From NCBI GenBank assembly GCA_032718475.1, contig JAUCBJ010000065.1, positions 15,264-79,263 on the forward strand: 64,000 nucleotides of DNA, written 5' to 3'. The first letter of the stretch is position 1. Each line of letters starts with the position of its first letter. The notes beneath the pieces were generated by a model. That model ran no database searches and was not told the origin of the DNA. It saw only the letters and a list, made by a program, of their open reading frames with translations. The position numbers and the translations under genes are program-made. Shown here piece by piece: positions 26,201-38,200 of this stretch. This DNA is from Nemertoderma westbladi. Its lineage: Eukaryota > Animalia > Xenacoelomorpha.

Positions 26201-29200
26201 TGTCCCTTCCGGCATCCCACCTATACCACGAGTCTCGCAAGAGGCTCAAATACGAAGAGCAGTTGAGGGAGGTGGAGCACGCCAGCTTCACTCCCCTTAT
26301 ATTATCTTCGTTTGGTGGAGCTTCACCGTCAGCCACACAGTTTATCAAGCGCCTCGCGTTGAAACTGGCTGACAAACGCGAGGTCCGCTATTCAGAGTGT
26401 GTTATGTGGGTTCGCAGGAGGTTGAGTTTCGCCCTTTTGCGGTCAGCCCTCCTGTGCCTTCGTGGCTGTCGATCAGCTAAGCGGCGTCCGGTTCGGTGCG
26501 ACGTGGAGTCGATCATCCACAGCAATGCCGACTGCAACCTGACGTAGGCGACTGTGGATAACAACCCTCCAAGTTTGGAGGACAGTCAGACAGTATCATA
26601 TACTAACTGTAGTATTAATTTAACAGTGTATATTTGTCTGGTTGTTGGTGGTGGTTGCTATGCGATCTGATGTGCATCAGCTGTTTTTACAAGCTTTAAT
26701 AATAAATATACGGCTAAAACGCCAAAAAAAAAAAAATTACAGGCTCCAACCTAGCCCGTACTAGTCCTACTAACTCTGTAGTACAGGCTCCAACCTAGCC
26801 AGTACTGGTCCTACTAACTCTGTAGTATAGGCTCCAACCTAGCCTGTACTAGTCCTACTAACTCTGTAGTACAGGCTCCACCCTAGCCCGTACTAGTCCT
26901 ACTAACTCTGTAGTACAGGCTCCAACCTAGAGCCTGTACTAGTCCTACTAACTCTGTAGTACAGACTCCACCCTAGCCCGTACTAGTCCTACTAACTCTG
27001 TAGTACAGGGTCCAAGCTAGCCAGTACTAGTCCTACTAACTCTGTAGTACAGGCTCCACCCTAGCCCGTACTAGTCCTACTAACTCTGTATTACAGGGTC
27101 CAACCTAGCCTGTACTGGTCCTACTAACTCTTTATTACAGGGTCCAACCTAGCCTGTACTGGTCCTACTAACTCTGTATTCCATAACGATATAGATGTAG
27201 TTCCGTCGCTCCGGATTCTCCCACTTGTGGTGGATCGTCCACTTTCTTTCAACGTCCTTCCAGCGACTCTCTCGCTCACTCTTTATTTCTAATTCCATGT
27301 ACCCACAATATATTTTATTATAGTCCTGGAATTTCTGGGGTTTAAAGTCTATACCGCCGTTTAGCACTCCGAGGTAGCCGATACCGGATTTCGTCCGTCT
27401 CACCTCTCGGAATCCTCGCATGAATTCGGCGGATCTCGACCAGGCTAATAGTGTTTGGGTGTCGACGCAATGACTAATGGCGTTGAGATCTTCTTGACGG
27501 TTTCTTCCGAAAGGAGCGTTAGCGTAGTCGTTTCGGACGTCCGCCTTTATATCCGACCCGATTTTAATGATGTAGAGGTCAAATAGGATCTGTTGGATCT
27601 CAGGTGGTAATAGCCAGATCGCACTGGCTGTCCGCACCTCCTGTTTGGGTGTCGGAAATATTCGACATACCAACACCAAACCGTCTAGGGTTCCGAGGAC
27701 GACGACCAAGGATCGACCGTATTCCTTCATCCCATACTTCTCCTGGTAGTCGTCACGATTCTGGATAACTGATATACGTTCCTCTCGCAGCGTTGCCGTA
27801 CACTCCGCTAGGTTTCCCCAGTGGATGAGGTACGTACTCTTGTCGTCGACGAAACTTTGGCATTGCGCCAACGTAATTGCTTTCGAGGTGGGCGTCGCGT
27901 TTCCCTCGTTGTCGTATATCAAACATCGGGATTTGTAGACGCTTTGCTGGAACGTTTCCCAGAACGACAACTCATCTCCTCCAGTTGCCTTTGCGTTCCG
28001 AGTTCTTTTCAGTCTCGTACTAACATCGGTCAACCGGAGCTCTCGTAGATTCCGGGAATCTGGTCCCTCTCGCCCGGAGAATTTAACGACTCGCACATTC
28101 TCATTTATCAGGGCATTCCATTTTGTATCAAAGTTAGGGGATCCAGGTTGTGGATATTCCAGTAAATCTATTGTATTAAGTAGTTCGCCGATAATTTGGC
28201 GATTTGGGTCCATATTTTCAATTATGTCCGTTGCAAATTAACATCAGTTAATTATAATTCCAGAAAGTTTGATTCTATAGTGACTGCAGAATAATTCAGT
28301 TTATTTGTAATTCAGTTTATTAATTATTATTGCTATATAGGCATCTACCATCTTATTGCTACTACATTCAGTATTTACAGTTACTATAGCTATACATTAA
28401 TATCCAACCAGTACTGACTTTTTATGTCCTCTTCTTTTTCCAATTCTTTTCTTTCTACATTTTATACATTTTTTTTTTGTCTTTTTTCATTTCTCATTTA
28501 TTATTCATTTCACATTTCATTATTTCATCACATTTCATCATTTATTTCCACATTTCATCATTTATTTCCACATTTCGTTTCACATTTATTACACATTTAT
28601 TTATTTCCATTTCATCATTGGGGTTATAGCCCCCCGGCTATCATCATTTGTTATAAGCGCAGCACCAGGGTGCGCATCATTACATTTTCATCATCATACG
28701 CATCATCATTCAATTTATAGTAGTGTCGTCTGTTTCTTTTCATCATTTCCAACTACATTCAACCATCTTCTTTGGGAAATTTTCGTTGTGGAAGGGGTGT
28801 TACGCAGCAATCTGGGATCTACAGCTGGGCTAGTTACACCGCCTACGCCCCAAACTGCACACGTAACGGACAATGAAGACGCTGGAAGTGAAGTCACGTG
28901 GAATGCACCAGGGACCCACCAGAATAACACTCCCAACAACATAAAGCTCAGCCGACGAAGTCATGTGGGATGGGGTTATGCAACATTCTGGGATCTAATC
29001 TAGAGCTGGACTAGTTACACCGCCTACGCCCCAAAATCCACGCAACGGTCCCACCAGAATAACGCGACTGAGAAACATAAAACCTCTATCGACGAAGTCA
29101 TGTGGATGCACCATGGACCCACCAGAATAACGGGATAGAGGGGGTGTTGCGCGGCAATCCGGGATCTACAGCTGGACTAGTTACACCGCCTACGCCCCGA

Positions 29201-32200
29201 ACTGCGCACGCAACGGACAACACAATACAACACAATGGATACAATGAATTCCACTTCAAATCTTTACCATTTCCAATAATCCAATACAGTTGGTCCTGAT
29301 GACCAAAATCAGGGTGAACAATACATAAACGACCCTGCGTCAGTCGAAACATCTGCAGGGTAACGCTGGACTCCACATAACACACGAGGAAACACAAATA
29401 CCATGCGTGGTTACAGTTGGTTTAAGGGGGGTCCATTACTAATTGTCAGTAAATCACATTTAAAAGAGTTTGTCAACAGGATGAGAAGGGTTTAAACGGG
29501 ATTAGCATTGTCACCAATGTCTGCAGCAGGATCCTGAGTAGGGAACTTATCACCTCTCGTGGAGTCACCACTGTCATTGTCTTCGAGAAAGCACAGCCTC
29601 TGGATAGGGCGTTGGTAGTGGCCCTTTGCTGTTCGTATAGTCACAGTCCTCGCAAGTCCATCTTTACTTGGAGTTATTGCCACGACTCGCGCCACAGGCC
29701 AGTGGACGCGGTCTTTAAGGTCTTCCTTTACTAGCACCATGTCGCCAACTGCGACATTCCTATAGGTGTTGTTCCACTTCCTCCTGGTCCGGAGGGTTAT
29801 GAGGTACTCTTGGGCCCAGATTCTCCACCAATGTGCTGCCAATGCTTGGGCCTTCTTCCAATTGGTATGTCTCTCGATATCGTTGGGATCCGGAAACATC
29901 GTCTCTGGAAGAATATGGGTTTTGGGTCTTCCGAGTAGATGGTTAGGAGTGAGAGGCTCCAGATCTGTGGGGTCATCACGGATAGGTACGATGGGCCGGT
30001 TGTTTAGGGTAGCCGTGATCTCGCAGAATTTTGTGCGGAGGGTGTCGTGGGTTACCCGGGTGTCTCCTAATGCGACGCGCATGGATCGTTTTACCAAGTC
30101 GATGAGTTTCTCCCACACTCCCCTCGTATGGGGTGCTAAGGGTGTTTGGAAGTGCCACTGTATATGGTGTTCCCTCCAGACTTGGGATGCGGTGTCTTCG
30201 GTGAACCATATCCTTCGATCGCCTCTCTAAGTTCTCTTTCTCCTCCCACGAAGTTTGTACCATTATCGGAGTACATATGACGACATGTTCCATTGTTCGC
30301 CACGAACCGACGCAGGGTGTTGATAAATGCGTGTTGCGTAAGGTTCACCACGATGTCTAGGTAGATTGCCCTAGACCTAAGGCAAGTAAAGATGGCTCCC
30401 CAGCATTTGATGTTGGATCGTCGCTCGATGACTGTGAATGGTCCGAAACAGTCTACTCCGGTTATGTAGAACGGTGGGGAATCGGACTGTAGACGTGTGG
30501 CTGGTAAGTCGGCCATCCTTTGTGTGAGTGGTGGCGCTAGATATCTTCTGCAGGGAAAACAACGTTTTAACACTTTCCGGATCAGTGGCTGGATGTGGGT
30601 GATCCCATATCTTTGCCGTATATTAGCCATAATCCAGTTCTGTCTCGCGTGGTGGTTTTCCTCGTGACACTGTTGGATTAATAGCTTGGCTAGTGTTGAC
30701 ATTCTGGGCAGAAGCGCTGGGTATTTGACTTCGTATTCAACCGGGGCGTTTGCCATCCGGGTATTCAGTCGAATCAGTCCATCCTCTCCCATCATTGGTC
30801 TCAATTGGTAGACTGGATTGTCCGGTTTCAAGGTCTTGCCCGCACTGAGTTGTTCCCACTCATCGGGGAAACTTTCTCTCTGGACATATCTAACAATACA
30901 CTTCTCCGCGATAATGAGTTCTTGTATACTTCTTCGAACTATCGGTTTGTTGTTCTTCCACCGCAGGAAGTTGCGAAGGGTTAATACATGGTGGATGAGA
31001 CGTTTCATTGAGGAGGTTCGCTCTATCAATAGTTGTAAAGACGCCGCTGGTTGCGTGATAGTCGCGATGTTATAGTGCCTTCCCGAGTCCTTTGCAGGCT
31101 CGGTCAGACAACTATAGATCTCCACTGTGGTGCTTCTATGGACTTTACGGATCTCCTTGTCGTCTTCGGAGTATTTTCCGCTATCGAGTTCGGGATCGAA
31201 TCGGGTACTCCAGGTTAATTGTGGCTGCTGTAGAAATTCCGGGCCTGTAAGCCAGAGTTTACTTTTACCGAGTTGTTTTGGGGTGGAGCCTCTGCTAGAT
31301 AAGTCCGCTGGATTTTCTTTCCCGTTCACATGGTGCCACTGTTCTCAGCCGGTGCACTGTTTTATCTCTGTGGCTCGGTTCGCTACAAACGTGGTGTGAC
31401 GCCGTGATGGTGAGTGGAGGTAGTAGAGAACGATACTCGAATCGACCCAGAAATGTTGCGATTCGATGGGGATTCGTAGGTTCCGCATGACCATGCGGTT
31501 CTGTCTCACTGCCCAAACTGCGGCCTGTAGCTCGAGTCTCGGTATCGTTGCTACGAATTCCCCAGATACTGTCTTAGCCTTGGAAAATAAGAAGCTCGTA
31601 TCGCCGTTTCCATCCTGACTTAGTCTTCTTAGGAAAGTGACTACGCCGATTCCGGTATTTGAAGCATCCGAGAAAGTATGGAGCTGGAATATATCGGTGG
31701 GTAGTTTATCGAGGAAGAACGGTCGAGGGATCCGCATAAGATGTAGATGTTCGAGTTGTTCCGTCCACTATCTCCATTTGACACTGAGGTGTGGGGGGAG
31801 TTCTTCCTCCCATCCCAGTCCTTCTATCCACATTTCCTTGATCAAGTTCATTCTGGCCAATGTTACTGGGGATATGAAGTTTAGTGGATCGAATATAGCA
31901 CTCTTTATGGACAGACATCCCCTTTTTGTCATGGGCTTGGGTAGGGGGTTATATTTGAAGATGAATTCATCCAATTCTATGTCCCATTCAATGCTGAGTA
32001 CACAGTGATCCATATCCTCTGAATACATTTTATTGTTGTCCAGTCTGATTTCTTCCGGAAACTTTTCCATAAGTTTCTTGTCATGGGATCTGAACTTTAC
32101 GAGAGGGAAACCTCCTTTCTTTAAACATTCCACCATCCCCATCGCCAGCTGATATCCATCGTCAACATTATCGGCACCGGCGCATCCGTCGTCCACGTAG

Positions 32201-35200
32201 AAGCATCGTCGGATGGTTTCTATAACTGTCGGAGGGAACTCGTTTTCGTACATAGTCGCTGTTTTCTTCAGCATGTCACTACATGCTACCGGCGAGTCCT
32301 GACAATCATGCGCATTACGTCCACATCCTTCAAAGTGAGTTGACTTATCTCCTGTGGAGTTAATGTTTTATCCGTCCATAATATACGCAGACAGTCTGAG
32401 TCTCTTGGTAGCATTCGGACCTGGTGAAACATCGCTTTGATGTCGCATGTGAATGCTATCCGGTTTTCCCTGAACCTGAGCAACACGCCAACTGTATAAA
32501 GTTGGCTGTTCAGGGATTCGCCTTGGTACATAGCAGCAGCATCATTCACTACTCAGATTTTCCCGCCCTTCCGGGCTTCTACCACATAGTGGGTTGGGAG
32601 ATAATATGTCCGTCTACCCCCTTGCAGTTCATTCCGGGGTACCATTTCCGCCAATCCATCTTCTTGATATCCTTTGATTACATTATTGTATTTCTCCTTT
32701 ATCTCGGGTTGTTTCTTTCAACCGGCGTAGGATTCCTTTGAGCCGCCTAAGGGCTATGTTGGCATTATTCGCCATCGGTTTATCTGAGTCTTTCCACAAC
32801 ATGGGTGAACACCAATGTCCGTCTTTGAACGTGGCCTGATCAAGGACGTCAATACAATATTGATCTTCCTCAGACAGGTTCTCGTCCTTTTCAGCAAACT
32901 CTTGTGTCTCTAGGTTAAAATATTTGGTCATTTCCTGCTGGGTTTTTTCCGTCTCTAGGAATAAATCCTCGTCCAGGTCTGTTGCTGAACAATAACCCAC
33001 GGATGTTGCATTCTCTTTAATCTGACATTTAGGGAGATATGTATAGGTGTCTGTAGTCTCCTCCTTGAAGCCGCAGAGTGTCCATCCCATGATCGTGCGT
33101 TCGGAATAAAAGCCATCATCCGGCTTTACAGATCGGGCGACATCTCCGGTGGGTATGTGTAATTCCGGTGTGTCTAGTCCGATCAATAGGGTGATTCGGT
33201 TCACGTCCAACGGTGGACATCGTAGGTCAACATCTTCCTGGTCTAGCTGTATGAGGGGTGCATATTCAGCCGATTGTCGGAACCGCACTCGGAGATCGGT
33301 GTGTACCAAGGCATTCTTGATCGTCAGCTTGACCATCTCGTAACCCTTCATGACTCCTTCCATCTGGAGCTGCACCTCCCCGGACTCTACTTCTCTATGG
33401 TCAGTGATAGTTTGTATGGGCCGTTTGCAAGGTTCGTAGTCTAGGCCGAGTTGTTCGAGGAAATCCCGGTCGATGATGGTTCCGTCCGACCCATTGTCAA
33501 GGAATGCGAGCGTTGTCAAGGATTTCCCGACCCATTGAATTCTTACTGGAATTACTTTGGCGAAGACCATGTAACGGCGATTTATAAGGTTGATCGTAGC
33601 CGAGATATTTGTCACTTGTGATACATCGGTGGAGGTCTTAAACGGATTGGTTTCCCTCCGTTGAATCGTCCGGGTACCTTTAGAGACGTGGTTCGTTTCT
33701 CCTCTTCGTTTGGCTTCGATCCGAAAGGGGAGGGTGGTAAAGTCAACGTTCGCAGGGATGTGGAGGAGTGTGTGATGACGTAGGTCATTACAGACCGTGC
33801 AGCACGATCTTTGGTCGCAATCCCGAACATAGTGACCTGTTCCGAGACACCGGAAGCATCCTCGGTGTTTCATTATCGCCTCGAATCGTGGGACGAGTTC
33901 AGCAAACTGGAACTTTCTGCAGAATTCCACCTTATGTTTCTCTCCGCAGAAAAGACATAGAAGGGAGGTTGTGGTGCCTTCCCTTTCGGGTGCCCAATTC
34001 GCTAGATAACACGCCCATTCCTCGGCTGATGTCGGTTCCTCGTAGTCCTCGTCGTTGGAATCCTCGGCCATGGTGATGGCCATCGTACTCACCGGAGGGG
34101 GACGGAATCTCGGTTTCGGAGTGGGTGTCCTGCTCCTGGAGTTGTTCTCTATTCCGTCTAACTTGGAGAGACTTTGTTTGGAGAACATCGAGTCATTCAT
34201 GGCTTCGGAGATATCATCTAGGAATGCCGACATTTCGAGGAAACTGGGATCTCGATCTGGGTGTCTGCGTCGGAGATCTACGCATTTATACGCCCACTTG
34301 CTTTGTAGCCATCCGGGAAACTTTCGGGCAATCTATCGGAGGTTTAGAATGTTGTTTACTTGTTCCTCCTTATTTAATGGTTTTAGAGTGTAGTAGGCAT
34401 CTTTCATGGAATCCGAGAATTCCTGGATATTCTGTGGGTCCCCTAGGGATCCCGCGTCCTGTATCAGTTTCTCGAGAGTTTTATTAATTATAGTCCCGAT
34501 ATTTCCGTATCTTTTGTCTAGAGTTTTCCATGCGTCATAGTATGCTTCATGAGATCCTTCCTCGAAACATTTAATGATTCGACGTGGTTTGTCACCCAGG
34601 TATTGGGATAAATATACCAGTTTTTGTGCGTCGGTTATATCCGTTGACCCAATCTGAGCGAAGAACCGTTTCTTGAATCCGAGGTAATCGACGGGGTCTC
34701 CTTCGAAGGTGCGGATCTCTATCTTGGGCATGGCCAGGCGGTTTTCCAATGCCCGGATAATGCCGACGTCATCTGAACTGGAATGACTAGGAGGGTTATA
34801 GTTATTAGCACTCTCTCCCATGCATGATGGATCGATGAGAGGTGGAGTTTTAATGATGACGCGGTTACGGATTTGTGGTGTGGATGTAAACGGGTTGTTG
34901 GATCGAGGGGTGGCGCCCCGTTCCGAGTCCTTTTCAGGCTCGTACTTGGGAACGCTCGGTACCGTGGGGTTGGATGGGAAATAAGGTTCCTCATTCTTAA
35001 GCGTAACCGGTGGGGGATGGAATACCGGAGCTTGTGCCAATAACGTAGACTGTATGGTTGGCGGGAACTCGGGTTTCGGAGGTTTCGCAGCCGGTGGCGT
35101 AAATGACTTCTCTAATTCCGGGACCGGGATTGGTTCATAGTTCTGTTCTATACCCCTTTCCCAGGCCTCATATAGTTGAAGATCCCGTTCTATGAGTGCG

Positions 35201-38200
35201 GCTTCGTATTCCGCAAGTTTCGCAATATCCGCATTCTTTTTGTGGATGAGAATCGCTTGGGCCTCGGCATGTCGTTTACGCATTTCTGCCTCTAGTTTAC
35301 GTTGTTCGGTCTCTTGTTCGGCCTCTCGTTCACGTTGTTTGGCCTGTTGTTCGGCCTCTTGTTTACGTTGTTCGGCCTGTTGTTCGGCCTCTCGTTTACG
35401 TTGTTCGGCCTGTTGTTCGGCCTCTTGTTCACGTTGTTCGGCCTGTTGTTCGGCCTCTCGTTTACATTGTTCGGCCTGTTGTTTGGCCTCTCGTTTTTGC
35501 ATTTCGGCTGCTAATACATCCTGTTCGATCTGCAGTTGAACATATTCGTCTTCCATTCGAGCTTTAAGGGCCAATCCCCTCTGTTCTCATAGCTGATCTC
35601 GGAGTGGCTGACCCCCTTGAGAACTGCGCGCTGAACCGGATATCTCGCTCCTAGCGCTGGAGTGCTGGTGCCTTGAGGACCCCGTTCTCTTTCGATGAAT
35701 TGCTGTCCTGGTGCTGGAGGTCCGCACCGATTCTGCGTCTGTTCTTTCAGTTCTCTTATAGTACTGTTCCTCGTAGCCTCTTACAAGGCTGAGGGTCCTC
35801 CGATGTTGCTTCCGGAACTCGTCCAAATGTGCGACGTGTTCTTCGAGTTTGGGGTAGTTTACCTGATCCGTTGCAGGAATAAGTTCTTGATATGATTGTA
35901 TCATCCTCTCATATCGTTGTAAGATACTTCGGATATTCTGTAACTGAGTCTGTATCTCGTTGAGGGGGGTTTCGACTCCCCTTAATTGTTTCTCTATACG
36001 TTGGTATGCTCGAGTCACTCCGCCTTTGAGAGCTCCCAGTCAACGACCCATGTTCTTCACATTCGGCACCTCATCGGCTTCCGAGTCTGTGTGGGGGTCC
36101 ATCTCATCGGTGTCAGAGACGTTATTCGTCGTCATTCTAGCGCCTCGTTGATAGCTAGATATGCGATGTCGTAAAATAATTCTTCGTAGGTCTCGTATTC
36201 AGCTTGGACTACCCGAACGGTAATCCTGAATCGTCTGACGTTCGTTCCTTGTACTTCAACTTCGATGTGCCAGATTCCTGGCTCAACTTGGATTATATCA
36301 ATGGGTGTGATCGATACTTCCATTCCCTGTTAACGACTCTCTATATGTGATCTGCCGACTACGAGTTTATTAGTTCGAGTTTGTCGATTGATTAAACCAC
36401 GGCTTTGTCTTAAATCAAATACCAGAGTTTCCTCGTAGTGGGTGCTGGTAAGCACAGAGAGAGTTTGAAGAGTTTTGTAGGATTCCCAACTTCCACCAGT
36501 TGAAGTTGGCCGCGTCTTAATCTCAATTTTGTTGCCGTTATTCCCAACACCATGGGGGAAAACGCCGATGCTGGAGGCGGAACTGTTCATACCACAGAAT
36601 CCCGGCCAGTCACCGGATATTGGTAGTGGAGAGGGAATACGTTCTTAAATGCAAGATTGCGATTGAGGAAAAGTTTCATTGGTTGGATATACTCTTTAAT
36701 GTAACTTCCCTACAGTTGAACCTTGATTGAGAATAAGTTGGGCTTCCCCAAACCAATATACACCAAATATTCACAATAATATAACACGACAATATAAATC
36801 CCTACAGTACATTATTTAATTACCCACTGTTCGCTCAGATTTTAACCTAACTAATGTTCCCCAATTTTCCCTCGGTCCTAGTCTCGGTACCGTAGTGTCA
36901 GTGTCGGTCGACCCGGTTGCGTGTCCGTCCCACCCTTCCCGAACCCCGAAGGGATCGGTCATCAGGAAAGCGGTACAGCTTGGCTAGGGGTCTGTCGTGT
37001 CGGTGGACCCGTTCGCGTGTCCGTCCCACCCTTCCCGAACCCCGAAGGGATCGGTCATCAGGAAAGCGGTACGGCTTGGCTAGGGGTCCGTCGGTTCATC
37101 GCAGGGACCCAACCACCTAGGCTTTCCGAGTCCTTATTCAGGCTCGTAGTCGCTTCGGCAGCCGAGAAGCTGCTCCGAACAGTCGGTAGGCCAGTAGAGT
37201 CCAGTCCTTTGTCTTTCGACCCCGTTGCGTGTCCGTCCCACCCTTACCGAACCCCGAAGGGATCGGTCATCAGGAAAGCGGTACGGCTTGGCAAGGGGTC
37301 TGTCAGCCCATCGTGAGCCCCAACGGTTGGTGGTTTTCCGAGTCCTTATTCAGGCTGGTACTAACGCCGGTCGTGGAACCCACTCCAGGAAGGCAGTCCT
37401 CGTCAAACCCTTCCTCCGTTAGTCGGTCGACCCGTTCGCGTGTCCGTCCCACCCTTACCAAACCCCGAAGGGATCGGTCATCAGAAAAGCAGTACGGCTT
37501 GGCTAGGGGTCTGTCGTCGATTCCCGTCGCAAATCCCTGACACAAGCAGCAGACTTTCCGAGTCCTTATTCAGGCTCGTAATAACTGCTGTTGGCCAGGG
37601 ACCGCTAAGGGCAGTCCTTGTCCTTTAGACCTAGCGAGTTACCAAATCCACCTCTACAGGCAGCAGGAAGTTGGCTAGGCCTAATAGTACTCAGGGAAAC
37701 CTGAATACTGCTTAACTTTGCCTCCCACCCCTGGCCCTTAAATACATGAAATGAGTCCCGTACCCCATAAGTCGCCCCGATATTCGCCCATAAATCGCCC
37801 CCAGTCCATTGAATGTGCCCAAAACCCATGTTCCCGCACCCAGTAGTGATATCGGAATATTCATTTAAAATAAATCCAGAAAATATTCAACTCGCGTTAG
37901 GAAAAGTTGAAATACCGCGAACAGTACAGGCTCCAACCTAGCCAGTACTAGTCCTACTAACTCTGTATTACAGGGTCCAACCTAGCCTGTACTGGTCCTA
38001 CTAACTCTGTATTACAGGTTCCAACCTAGCCCGTACTAGTCCTACTAACTCTGTAGTACAGGCTCCAACCTAGCCAGTACTAGTCCTACTAACTCTGTAT
38101 TACAGGGTCCAACCTAGCCTGTACTGGTCCTACTAACTCTGTATTACAGGGTCCAACCTAGCCCGTACTATTCCTACTAACTCTGTATTACAGGGTCCAA

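Larger units (their letters stand above)
27181..37923 (-). mobile_element. BEL/Pao LTR retrotransposon, decayed, 3' LTR missing, with an extra exonuclease ORF
   Basis: Domain order gag-PR-RT-RH-IN; starts TGTTCGC at 37923 abutting satellite; 3' end breaks into satellite at about 27180. Confidence 0.9.
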
